Position numbers and translations under genes: made by a program. A stretch of DNA of 64,000 nucleotides, taken from the NCBI GenBank assembly GCA_049890295.1, contig JBMHBP010000002.1, positions 148,561 through 212,560 on the forward strand, in the 5' to 3' direction. The notes under the pieces were generated by a model, which made no database searches, was not told the origin of the DNA, and saw nothing but the letters and a program-made list of their open reading frames with translations. This DNA is from Flavobacteriales bacterium (GTDB lineage Bacteria; Bacteroidota; Bacteroidia; Flavobacteriales; UBA7312). This document shows, in pieces, positions 1 through 8,764 of this stretch (its first letter is position 1; the number at the start of each line of letters is the position of its first letter).

Positions 1-334
1 CAATGGTAGTAGCTGATAAAATAAAAGGTCTAAGTAATCTATTGAAGCTCATGCCACTACCTAACATAGCAATGATTTCTGTATTTCCAGCCAATTTAGA
101 AGTAAAAAAAATAACAGCTACAAAAGTGAATAAGGGACTGAATAAATTACCGAAAAAGGGAATAAAATTGAGGTAGTATTTAAAAACGATTTCATTGATA
201 GGAGCAGACTTTTCGATGAAGTCATCAATTTTCTCCGAGATATCAAAAACTACTACAATTAATAAAATCAATGCAATTGAGAAAAAAAAGGTTCCCAAAA
301 ACTTTTTGATAATATATCGATCGAGTTTTGACAT
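1..334 (-). CDS. LptF/LptG-family (YjgP/YjgQ) permease, N-terminal ~111 codons; gene continues past the window start
   Basis: Minus-strand ATG at 334-332 sits directly after the tgt stop. My translation, MSKLDRYIIKKFLGTFFFSIALILLIVVVFDISEKIDDF..., matches the conserved N-terminus and first TM helix of LptF/LptG permeases. It is absent from the ORF track because the window edge truncates it. Confidence 0.75.
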   Translation of the reverse strand, partial: MSKLDRYIIKKFLGTFFFSIALILLIVVVFDISEKIDDFIEKSAPINEIVFKYYLNFIPFFGNLFSPLFTFVAVIFFTSKLAGNTEIIAMLGSGMSFNRLLRPFILSATTI

Positions 335-1465
335 TTATAGGCGGATATCCAGTTTTTTGACCATATTATTTTTCCAATTGGTAAAGGTGCCTTGACTCAG
401 TTGCTCACGAGCTTGTTCCATTAACCAAATGTAAAAGCGAATATTGTGTAAAGTAGCTATTTGTTTACCCAAAAGTTCATTAACAGAAAATAAATGCCGC
501 AGGTAAGCCTTGGAATAAGTTGAATCGACATAAGAGGTGCCATTTGGGTCAATAGGTCTAAAATCGTCTGCCCACTTTTTGTTTTTGATATTTATGGTGC
601 CTTCACTTGTAAATAACATACCATTTCTAGCGTTTCTGGTAGGCATTACACAGTCGAACATATCTACTCCTAAAGCGATATTTTCTAATAAATTGGTTGG
701 TGTGCCTACTCCCATCAAATAACGAGGTTTATCCTTAGGTAAAACAGCACAGACCGTATCGGTCATTTCATACATCAAGTCATGCGGTTCACCAACAGAC
801 AAGCCGCCTATGGCATTTCCCTCTCGGTCAAAAGAAGCAATTTTTTCGGCCGATTGCTTTCTTAAATCGGTGTAAACGCTACCCTGAACAATAGGGAAAA
901 AAGTTTGTTCAAAACCGTATTTGGGTTCTGTTGTATCAAAGCGTTGGCAACAGCGTTTTAGCCAACGGTGAGTCATGTGCATGGACTTCTTGGCATAGTC
1001 GTAATCGCAAGGGTAGGGTGTACATTCATCAAATGCCATAATGATATCCGCCCCAATGGTGCGTTGAATATCCATTACATTTTCGGGTGTAAAAAGATGA
1101 TATGAACCATCGATGTGAGATTGAAATTTAACACCTTCTTCCTTTATTTTTCGTTTTCCAGAAAGTGAATATACCTGATAGCCACCGCTATCGGTAAGAA
1201 TTGGTTTTTGCCAATTCATAAATTGATGTAAACCTCCTGCTTTTTCTAATACGTCTAGACCTGGTCGTAAGTATAAATGATAGGTGTTTGCTAAAATAAT
1301 ATGGGCTTGGGTATCTTGTTCAATTTCATGTTGATGAACTCCTTTTACGGTTGCAGCAGTTCCGACGGGCATAAAAATAGGAGTAGAAATTTTACCACGT
1401 GCGGTGGTAATTTCTCCTAATCGGGCATGAGAGTGTGGGTCAGTCGATATCAGTTTAAATTCCAT
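335..1465 (-). CDS. tgt: queuine tRNA-ribosyltransferase (tRNA-guanine transglycosylase)
   Basis: 376 aa. Full-length Tgt signature blocks are present: PIFMPVGT, LTDSGGYQVYSL, IMAFDEC, GGLSVGE, DMFDCVMPTRNARNG, SKAYLRHL. Confidence 0.95.
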   Translation of the reverse strand: MEFKLISTDPHSHARLGEITTARGKISTPIFMPVGTAATVKGVHQHEIEQDTQAHIILANTYHLYLRPGLDVLEKAGGLHQFMNWQKPILTDSGGYQVYSLSGKRKIKEEGVKFQSHIDGSYHLFTPENVMDIQRTIGADIIMAFDECTPYPCDYDYAKKSMHMTHRWLKRCCQRFDTTEPKYGFEQTFFPIVQGSVYTDLRKQSAEKIASFDREGNAIGGLSVGEPHDLMYEMTDTVCAVLPKDKPRYLMGVGTPTNLLENIALGVDMFDCVMPTRNARNGMLFTSEGTINIKNKKWADDFRPIDPNGTSYVDSTYSKAYLRHLFSVNELLGKQIATLHNIRFYIWLMEQAREQLSQGTFTNWKNNMVKKLDIRL

Positions 1466-1478
1466 TCCAAAATTTTAT

Positions 1479-1486
1479 CAAAGATA
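1479..1486 (-). promoter_or_regulatory. Bacteroidota -7 promoter motif TAnnTTTG (TATCTTTG on minus strand) upstream of tgt
   Basis: Plus-strand caaagata lies 13 nt upstream of the tgt ATG, in the divergent intergenic region 1466..1604. Confidence 0.45.
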
Positions 1487-1604
1487 GTCAAGTATAGAAC
1501 ACTATAAAGTCTATATTCTTTCAGCTTCAAATTTAATTTTTTTAGTGTATTATACTGTCAGAAAATTCCAATTCGACTAAGTACAATTGTTGTATCATTG
1601 CAAA

Positions 1605-2705
1605 ATGCTTAGTTTAGAGTTAATTCTATTTTTCTGTTTTGTACTAGCGGTTATTGTTCAGCTGTATTACAGCCTATTTATCTTTCCTAAATGGCAATCT
1701 GTAAAACAAGAAAAAACAACCTTTTCTAAACCTATTTCTGTAGTTGTTTGTGGCTATAATGAAGCGTTACATTGGGAGCACTTGGTTGATCGATTATTAG
1801 CACAAGACTACCCCAAATTCGAAATTGTATTAGTTAACGATCAATCTACAGATCATACCAAACTTATTTTTAAACAATGGGAAAATCAACCTAATATTAA
1901 ATTAGTTGATATTGATGAAAATATAAAAAAAGGCTTGGGTAAAAAATTCGCTCTAACCTTAGGAATTAAAGCAGCTAAATACGATTATTTACTACTTACC
2001 GATGCCGATTGTTACCCTAAAAACAATCGCTGGATAAGTAGCATGGCACAACAATTTGCTCAAAATACCATCGTACTAGGCTACGGGGCTTATGAAAAAC
2101 AAGCTGGCTGGTTAAATAAACTAATTCGTTTTGATACTTTTTTAGTTGCTTTACAGTATTTTTCTTATGCCTCAATTGGATTAGCTTATATGGGTGTTGG
2201 CCGAAATTTAGCCTATAAAAAATCGTTGTTTTTTGATAATAAAGGCTTTGCTTCTCATTTACATTTACCATCTGGAGATGACGACCTATTTATCAAGGAA
2301 GTAAGTTTGCCAAATAATACTACTATTGCCACAAAACCCTCGGCTCACACCTTATCTATTCCAAAGCTAAAATGGTCGGCTTGGATACGCCAAAAATCCA
2401 GGCATTTGACAACTGGTAATTATTATAAGCCTATACACCAATGGATGTTAGGATTGTGGTCTATATCTCAGATAATGACCTGGCTGTTGTGTATTGTCTT
2501 AATCGTTTTGGGAGTTTCTTACATTCATGTTTTAACTCTTTTATTAATTCGAACATCGGTTTTTATGGCTGTTTCTTTTCCTTTGTTAAAACAGACTGAA
2601 GAAAAGGACTTATTAGTAGTTTTTCCATTTTTAGAATTATCCTTTATCTTTTTTTACATTATATTTATAGTCAATAGGCTAATTCAAAATAAACGATTTT
2701 GGTAA
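1605..2705 (+). CDS. family 2 glycosyltransferase, membrane-anchored
   Basis: ORF 1587..2705 begins at TTG; the first ATG is at 1605. GT2 fold motifs are VVVCGYNE, VNDQSTDHT and TDADC, with an N-terminal TM helix and C-terminal TM helices. Confidence 0.85.
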   Translation: MLSLELILFFCFVLAVIVQLYYSLFIFPKWQSVKQEKTTFSKPISVVVCGYNEALHWEHLVDRLLAQDYPKFEIVLVNDQSTDHTKLIFKQWENQPNIKLVDIDENIKKGLGKKFALTLGIKAAKYDYLLLTDADCYPKNNRWISSMAQQFAQNTIVLGYGAYEKQAGWLNKLIRFDTFLVALQYFSYASIGLAYMGVGRNLAYKKSLFFDNKGFASHLHLPSGDDDLFIKEVSLPNNTTIATKPSAHTLSIPKLKWSAWIRQKSRHLTTGNYYKPIHQWMLGLWSISQIMTWLLCIVLIVLGVSYIHVLTLLLIRTSVFMAVSFPLLKQTEEKDLLVVFPFLELSFIFFYIIFIVNRLIQNKRFW

Positions 2706-3304
2706 ACCGCGAACTGACAGAAAAAGCTAAGCAAGATTTAAAGCTCATTAAACGTGCTTTGGAAAAGGGCGATTCTCGGGCATACTCTCAACTAATGTCA
2801 AAGTATAGGGATCCCGTATTTTTCATGTTATTCGAAAAAGTTAATAACAAAGAAATAGCTAAAGAATTAACAATTGAGGCTTTCGGTAAAGCATTCAATA
2901 AACTTTCTTCGTACTCATCTGAATATGCATTTAGCACATGGTTGTTTACCATTGCTAAAAATAACTGTATTGATTTTTTACGAAAGAAAAAATTACCTAC
3001 TTTATCTCTTGATGCAACAATTGATAATGAGGAAAATTCAAAGCCTATTATAGAAATTGCAGATAATGCACTAACCCCAGATCATTATTTAATAAAATCT
3101 CAGCGGTTGCAGATTATAAGACGTATTGTAGAAAAGCTAAAACCTAATTATAGAAAACTGGTCAAATTGAGGTATTTCAAAGAGTACACCTACGAAGAAA
3201 TTTCTTCAGAACTAAATATACCATTAGGTACTGTTAAAGCACAACTTCACCGCTCAAGAGAACAATTGTTTAACATACTTTCTGGAAGCGAAGATTATTT
3301 TTAA
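2699..3304 (+). CDS. sigma-70 family (ECF-like) RNA polymerase sigma factor
   Basis: 201 aa. Region 2 reads DPVFFMLFEKV...TIEAFGKAF...FSTWLFTIAKNNCIDFLRK. Region 4 reads YRKLVKLRYFKEYTYEEISSELNIPLGTVKAQLHRSRE. There is no ATG before region 2, so a TTG start at 2699 overlapping the GT2 stop is likely, though the start is uncertain. Confidence 0.85.
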   Translation: MVNRELTEKAKQDLKLIKRALEKGDSRAYSQLMSKYRDPVFFMLFEKVNNKEIAKELTIEAFGKAFNKLSSYSSEYAFSTWLFTIAKNNCIDFLRKKKLPTLSLDATIDNEENSKPIIEIADNALTPDHYLIKSQRLQIIRRIVEKLKPNYRKLVKLRYFKEYTYEEISSELNIPLGTVKAQLHRSREQLFNILSGSEDYF

Positions 3305-3927
3305 TGCTTATTATTCAAAAATATTTCCCACATCTAAGTGATGAACAGCTTACTCAATTTGAACAACTAGAGACAGTTTATTCGGACTGGAATAGTAAGA
3401 TAAATGTAATTTCTCGAAAGGATATAGATGCCTTTTATGAGCGACATGTCTTACATTCCTTGGGGATAGCTAAAATTATGCCTTTTAAGAATGATAGTTG
3501 GGTCCTAGATGTCGGAACAGGTGGAGGATTTCCTGGTATTCCCTTGGCCATTTTATTTCCAAAAGTAAACTTTCATCTTGTTGACAGTATTGGTAAAAAA
3601 ATAAAAGTAGTAAAAGCTGTTGCTGAACATCTGGGTCTTACCAATGTGACGGCCTTTCAAAAGAGAGCTGAAGAAATGACTTTTAACTATGATTTTGTAG
3701 TTAGTAGAGCAGTAACAAAAATGCCTCTTTTCATAGATTGGGTAAAATCTCGCTTTTCAAAACGTTATATTAATGAATTACCTAATGGTATTCTCTATCT
3801 AAAAGGTGGTGACTTATATGAAGAGTTGAGTACATTACAACAGCACTACAAACAATTCAATTTATCAGAATTTTTCGATGAGCCTTTTTATGAAACAAAA
3901 AAAGTAGTCTATGTTCAGATGAACTAG
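3304..3927 (+). CDS. rsmG: 16S rRNA (guanine527-N7)-methyltransferase
   Basis: 207 aa. GidB/RsmG motifs are WNSKINVISRKD and the SAM loop DVGTGGGFPGIPLAI. The ATG overlaps the sigma-factor stop (TAATG). Confidence 0.92.
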   Translation: MLIIQKYFPHLSDEQLTQFEQLETVYSDWNSKINVISRKDIDAFYERHVLHSLGIAKIMPFKNDSWVLDVGTGGGFPGIPLAILFPKVNFHLVDSIGKKIKVVKAVAEHLGLTNVTAFQKRAEEMTFNYDFVVSRAVTKMPLFIDWVKSRFSKRYINELPNGILYLKGGDLYEELSTLQQHYKQFNLSEFFDEPFYETKKVVYVQMN

Positions 3928-4694
3928 AGAGGTTTTCTGCAGAAATAGATTATTTCATCTTTAGGTAGAGCAAATCGTTTAACTAATTTGGTATCTAACT
4001 CTTTAACAAAAGTATCCTCCGTAACTTCAAAGCCTGCTTTAGCTAATAGTTTACCATAATCTCGACCATACAATCTAAGGTGGTCACTTTGCCAGTAGTG
4101 TTTTTCACGTTCTTTAGGGTCAGTGATAGTGGGGTCGTCAAAGGTATTTTCTCTAGAGTAATCAATGGGAACTTGAAATATACCCCAACCGCCCTTTTTC
4201 ATAACTCTAAAAAATTCTGACATCACTTTTTTATCATTATCAACGTGTTCAAGAACATGATTACACATAATGACATCAAATGTGTTTTCTTTGAAAGGGA
4301 TATCATGAACATCTATTTTAACATCGGCCCATGGAGAATTGAGATCGGCCGTTGTGTATTCTAGATTTGTTTGTTTTTTAAATAAGGGAATAAAACAATA
4401 CTCTGGAGCAATATGTAAAAATCGAAGATTCTCGTTGAAAAAATTGGTTCTCTCATTTAAATAAAGCCATATCAAACGATGCCGCTCCAAAGACATACTA
4501 TCCGGTGCTAGAGCATTTGCTCTTGATTTGATTCGGCCATAAGGTAATAATGTTCGGTAAGTTATTCCATTAATAGGATCTTCAAAGGTATTTCCTCTCA
4601 TGAAGAGTGAAAAAAATTGAAGAAAAACATGACTAACATGATGTAGGTAATGTCTTGGGATGAGTCGCGTTATGATACTAATGATAAGTTTCAT
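3924..4694 (-). CDS. class I SAM-dependent methyltransferase (Methyltransf_11-like), substrate unknown
   Basis: 256 aa. The methyltransferase core includes FDVIMCNHVLEHV, and the protein is globular overall. It converges on rsmG with a 4-nt overlap. Confidence 0.75.
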   Translation of the reverse strand: MKLIISIITRLIPRHYLHHVSHVFLQFFSLFMRGNTFEDPINGITYRTLLPYGRIKSRANALAPDSMSLERHRLIWLYLNERTNFFNENLRFLHIAPEYCFIPLFKKQTNLEYTTADLNSPWADVKIDVHDIPFKENTFDVIMCNHVLEHVDNDKKVMSEFFRVMKKGGWGIFQVPIDYSRENTFDDPTITDPKEREKHYWQSDHLRLYGRDYGKLLAKAGFEVTEDTFVKELDTKLVKRFALPKDEIIYFCRKPL

Positions 4695-4703
4695 ACCAAA
4701 TAT

Positions 4704-6449
4704 TTAAGAATTAAACTGCATTTGACTGAGTTGGCTATATAGTCCATCATTTTGTTCTAATTCTTGGTGAGTTCCTTTTTCTTTAATTTCTCCTTTTTCT
4801 AAAACAAGTATACAGTCGGCATTTTTTATTGTTGATAATCTGTGGGCAATAACTATTGATGTTCTGTTTTTCATCAGCTCATCCATCGCATCTTGAACCA
4901 GCTTCTCTGATTCGGAGTCTAATGCACTTGTTGCTTCATCAAGTATAAGTATTCTTGGGTTTTTCAATATAGCTCTGGCAATGGCAATTCGCTGTCGCTG
5001 ACCGCCAGATAGTTGAATTCCCCTTTCGCCAACAAGTGTTTCCATTTTTTCTGGAAACTCATTTATAAATTCTAGGGTGTTAGCTTTTCGGGCAGCTTCT
5101 TCAATTTCTTGGTCAGTAGCTCCAATTTTTCCATAAGCTATATTTTCTTTTATAGTACCTCCAAATAGTAAAATATCTTGAGGTACTATGGCGATATGTT
5201 GCCTCAAAAAGTGTAAATCATAATCGGTAATACATTGATTATCGATAAGCACTTCTTGCTTTTGGGTAGTATAAAAACCAAATAGTAGGGTAGCCAAAGT
5301 AGTCTTACCACTGCCACTTGGTCCGACTAACGCAATTTGTTCTCCCTTGTTAATTGTTGCTGATAGCGATTTGATAACGTTTATATCAGGTCGACTAGGG
5401 TAGGCAAAGGTTAAATTTTTAAAGGCTATGTGACCTTCAATAAGTCGTTGCTCTTTATTATTAAACGAAATATCTTCAGCTGTTTCATCTAATATATCCA
5501 TTAAATGTTCTGTGGCTCCTACAGCTTTCTGTATTTTGGCATATATATCGGCCATACCACCTATTGAAGCCCCAACAAATACCGAATAAAGTATAAAGGT
5601 GAAAAGTTGACCCATACTCAACTCATTAGCGTTAATCAATATTACACCATACCAGATAACAGCCACTATTGAACCAAACAAACAGAAAATAATAAAAGAT
5701 GCAAACGCACCTCTATATCGGCCTCCTTTGGTGGCAATTTCTTTTACAACATTTGTCTTTTTTGCATAGCGATCTATTTCAAATAACTCATTAGTAAATG
5801 CTTTGACGTTCATGATTCCTTGTAAGGTTTCTTCAACAATGGTATTGGATTGTGCAATTTGTTCTTGTACCTCATTAGAGAATCGCTTGATGTATCTTCC
5901 AAAAAAGACAGCAGCTAGCATCATTGCTGGTACAATGGCTAACATGAACAGGGTTAGTTTTACCGAGGTTAGGGAAAGGAAAACAATTCCTCCAATAATT
6001 ATTATGATTTGTCGCAAAAACTCAGCTAAATCGGTTGTGAAAGTTTCTTGCAACATAGATATATCAGATGAAATTCTACTATTTAATTCACCTACTCTAC
6101 GGTTAGAGAAAAAAGGAAGAGGTAGTTTTATCAAATGAGCGTAAGTTTTTTGACGTATGACAGCTAGTGTTTTTTCGGTCACATTTACGAAAATAACTAT
6201 CCTGAAATAAGAAAATATGGCCTGCAAAGCAAATAGAACTAACAGGAAAATAGCTATTTGATTTATATTATCAACCATAGTGTCTTGAGCCGAATCTACT
6301 AGATTTCCCATGAGTGCTGGAAAAACTAATGAAGCTAGCGTTGACAACAACAAGAAAAATAAGCCAATAGAAAATTCTAAACGGTAAGGTTTGACAAAAA
6401 CGAATAGACGATTAAATTTTTTAAATCCAGATATATTTTTTTTCTTCAT
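4704..6449 (-). CDS. ABC transporter permease/ATP-binding fusion (MsbA/exporter type)
   Basis: The N-terminal half carries six TM helices. Motifs are Walker A GPSGSGKTT, signature LSGGQRQRIAIARA and Walker B ILILDEATSALD. I trimmed the start to MKKKNISGF (ATG 6449) because a TAnnTTTG motif lies inside the longer ORF-track extension. Confidence 0.9.
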   Translation of the reverse strand: MKKKNISGFKKFNRLFVFVKPYRLEFSIGLFFLLLSTLASLVFPALMGNLVDSAQDTMVDNINQIAIFLLVLFALQAIFSYFRIVIFVNVTEKTLAVIRQKTYAHLIKLPLPFFSNRRVGELNSRISSDISMLQETFTTDLAEFLRQIIIIIGGIVFLSLTSVKLTLFMLAIVPAMMLAAVFFGRYIKRFSNEVQEQIAQSNTIVEETLQGIMNVKAFTNELFEIDRYAKKTNVVKEIATKGGRYRGAFASFIIFCLFGSIVAVIWYGVILINANELSMGQLFTFILYSVFVGASIGGMADIYAKIQKAVGATEHLMDILDETAEDISFNNKEQRLIEGHIAFKNLTFAYPSRPDINVIKSLSATINKGEQIALVGPSGSGKTTLATLLFGFYTTQKQEVLIDNQCITDYDLHFLRQHIAIVPQDILLFGGTIKENIAYGKIGATDQEIEEAARKANTLEFINEFPEKMETLVGERGIQLSGGQRQRIAIARAILKNPRILILDEATSALDSESEKLVQDAMDELMKNRTSIVIAHRLSTIKNADCILVLEKGEIKEKGTHQELEQNDGLYSQLSQMQFNS

Positions 6450-6461
6450 AATAATAAAGGA

Positions 6462-6469
6462 CAAATATA
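6462..6469 (-). promoter_or_regulatory. TAnnTTTG -7 promoter motif (TATATTTG on minus strand) for the ABC exporter gene
   Basis: Plus-strand caaatata lies 12 nt upstream of the ATG at 6449. Confidence 0.4.
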
Positions 6470-6511
6470 ACACTTGACCGACAATTTCATTAACTTTAAA
6501 TCCTAATTAAT

Positions 6512-6519
6512 TATCTTTG
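6512..6519 (+). promoter_or_regulatory. TAnnTTTG -7 promoter motif (TATCTTTG) for the secreted protease gene
   Basis: Exact motif 29 nt upstream of the ATG at 6549, in the divergent intergenic region. Confidence 0.4.
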
Positions 6520-6548
6520 TGCAATAATTAAAATCAAGTATTGAACTT

Positions 6549-8756
6549 ATGATCAGAATTCTATTTTCCCTTTTTGTTATTAGTAGTGTAAGTGCACAAA
6601 CGGTTTCTTCCGTTTATTTATCATCTGGTTTAGAAATACCTCTTTATACTTTCGAAAAGCCCTCTGATATTGATCAATTAATTCAAGAAGATGAAAAAAA
6701 TGAAGGTTTTTACAGGTTTGGAAAACTCGTTTATACTAGTCTTTCGACTACAAACAGTGGCCAGTGGTATGAGGTAGATAGTGGAAAGGTTTGGACACTA
6801 GCCATTGAAGCAAAAGAAGCTAAAGGAATATCACTCTATTATGATGATTTTTGGATACCCACAGGTGGTGAGTTAGTTATTTATAATCCTAATCAAACAC
6901 AAAAAATAGGACCTTTCACTTCAAAGGATAATCATTCATCAAGAGTATTTGCAAATGAACTTATTTACGATGATATACTGATTCTTGAATATTATCATCC
7001 AAATACGGCAACATCAACTGTATCACTGAACATTAATCGCTTTGCTTATGCTTACAGAGATATCTCAGGTGGTCAGTTAAACGGGTTTGGTTCATCAGAT
7101 AACTGTCAAGTCAATGCTAATTGTTCTGAGGGCGATGCCTGGGAATTTCAGAAAGAATCTGCTTGTAGAATACAAATTCAAGATGGTTTTTTCTCGGGTA
7201 TTTGTTCGGGTGCAATGATTAATAACACCTTAAATGATTGCTCTCCTTATGTGTTGTCTGCTGATCATTGTTTTAGTGGTGATGGTGCGAGTGAAAACGA
7301 CCTCAATCAAACCATATTTTATTTTAATTATCGATCTAGTGGTTGTAATAATTCAACGCCTAATAATACACATACTATTACTGGTTGTCAGAAATTATCA
7401 AACAGTTCTGGCGAAGGTAACAATGGCGATTCTGATTTTTATTTAGTAGAATTGAACAGTGAACCAGATTTTGATCCATACTATGCAGGATGGGATAGAA
7501 GTAATACACCTGCTAGTAGTGGTGTAAGTATCCATCATCCAAGTGGCGATATTATGAAAATTTCAACCTTTAATAATTCACTTTATTCCGACGGTGGGTT
7601 AGGGTTTGGTAATGATAACACTACCCATTGGGGAGTCGTTTGGAGTAGTACAAACAACGGACATGGAGTAACTGAAGGCGGTTCTTCTGGGAGTCCAATT
7701 TTTAATCAAAACAAACTCATTGTTGGTCACCTTACTGGAGGTTCTTCATATTGTAATGCAACTAGCTCACCTGATGTGTATGGAAAGGTATGGCATGCCT
7801 GGGATCAGATGGGAAATACGTCTGGTCGACAATTACAACCTTGGTTAGATCCTACTAATTCAGGTGTTACCACATTAAATGGTATTTATTGCGGTCAATC
7901 CTCTCAAGTGGTAGCTGCTTTTTCTAGTTCTGAAACAATTGTTTGTAGAAACTCTACCGTTACCTTTAATTCAATTTCAAGCGGGAATATTAATTCTTAT
8001 GAATGGCAATTTCCCTCTGGCTCACCATCAACCGCAACTGGCCCAGGACCTCATACTATTACTTATTCAGATTTTGGAACCCACAATGTCAGTCTTGAAG
8101 TAAGTGGTGATGATAATAGTGATACTTATACACAAACCGATTTTATTACTGTTGGACCTAATGAAGTAGAATTAGATTTTTTACCCGATTGCTACGGTTC
8201 TGAAATTTCTTGGGATTTGAACAATGCTCAAGGTCAAACTATTTTTGCTGTTAATACAGGGTACTATCCGGGTGGAAATAATGCAAATGATATGGAGCAA
8301 AATCCTGTAGCTGTTCAGGAAGATTGGTGTTTATCTAACGGTTGTTACACTTTTACTGTTTATGATGAATATGGGGATGGCTTATATGGTTCTCAACATA
8401 CATGCGAATTTAACGGCGACTTTAGTATCTATGATGCTTCAGGTAATGTACTAACTAGTTTAGAGTCTCCAAATGCCGATTTTGGCGAAGAAATATCTTT
8501 AGAATTTTGTGTTGAGAGTAGTGTGTCAATACTAGAAAAAAGTAATAAAGTTAAAGTTTTCCCAAATCCATCCTATGGAGTAGTTACCTTATCAGCTCCT
8601 ACAAGAGGAGAGGTAATCATTTACAATACTCTTTCTTCTGAAGTATATAGGGCTATGAAGTCTACCAACGATCTTCAGCTTGATTTGAGTAAATTGGATA
8701 AAGGTATTTACTTTATAAACTTTAATAATTCGGTTAATAAACTAATACTGAATTAA
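6549..8756 (+). CDS. secreted S1 (trypsin-fold, lysyl-endopeptidase-like) serine protease with PKD domain, Cys-rich module and T9SS type A C-terminal sorting domain
   Basis: The signal peptide is MIRILFSLFVISSVSAQ. The catalytic residues appear in H-D-S order: SADHCF, DFYLVEL, GGSSGSPIF. A PKD repeat follows (VTFNSISSG..YEWQFPSG..GPHTITYSDFGTHNVSLEV). The C-terminal tail is Por_Secre-like (KVFPNPSYGVVTLS...LDLSKLDKGIYFINF). Confidence 0.85.
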   Translation: MIRILFSLFVISSVSAQTVSSVYLSSGLEIPLYTFEKPSDIDQLIQEDEKNEGFYRFGKLVYTSLSTTNSGQWYEVDSGKVWTLAIEAKEAKGISLYYDDFWIPTGGELVIYNPNQTQKIGPFTSKDNHSSRVFANELIYDDILILEYYHPNTATSTVSLNINRFAYAYRDISGGQLNGFGSSDNCQVNANCSEGDAWEFQKESACRIQIQDGFFSGICSGAMINNTLNDCSPYVLSADHCFSGDGASENDLNQTIFYFNYRSSGCNNSTPNNTHTITGCQKLSNSSGEGNNGDSDFYLVELNSEPDFDPYYAGWDRSNTPASSGVSIHHPSGDIMKISTFNNSLYSDGGLGFGNDNTTHWGVVWSSTNNGHGVTEGGSSGSPIFNQNKLIVGHLTGGSSYCNATSSPDVYGKVWHAWDQMGNTSGRQLQPWLDPTNSGVTTLNGIYCGQSSQVVAAFSSSETIVCRNSTVTFNSISSGNINSYEWQFPSGSPSTATGPGPHTITYSDFGTHNVSLEVSGDDNSDTYTQTDFITVGPNEVELDFLPDCYGSEISWDLNNAQGQTIFAVNTGYYPGGNNANDMEQNPVAVQEDWCLSNGCYTFTVYDEYGDGLYGSQHTCEFNGDFSIYDASGNVLTSLESPNADFGEEISLEFCVESSVSILEKSNKVKVFPNPSYGVVTLSAPTRGEVIIYNTLSSEVYRAMKSTNDLQLDLSKLDKGIYFINFNNSVNKLILN

Positions 8757-8764
8757 ATCTGAGT

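Noticed and set aside
3924-3927. Convergent gene pairs whose 3' ends overlap without a terminator (rsmG/methyltransferase 3924..3927, cmk/ispH 20969..20972, desulfurase/GT2 60927..60951), considered as antisense regulatory arrangements.
   Set aside because: The overlaps are only 4-25 nt, which is common in compact genomes. Nothing in the sequence, such as extended complementarity beyond the stops or conserved structure, points to a dedicated mechanism.
5803-6138. Long antisense or alternative-frame ORFs inside well-supported genes: 5803..6138 in the ABC exporter, 10424..10735 across the aminotransferase/transketolase junction, 14018..14320 and 13706..13978 in ychF, 40953..41261 in sucD, and 7234..7446 in the protease.
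   Set aside because: Each lies wholly within a gene whose translation carries unmistakable family motifs. Their own translations are low-complexity with no recognisable motif, start context or promoter motif. Stop-free antisense frames of this kind are a common by-product of codon structure.
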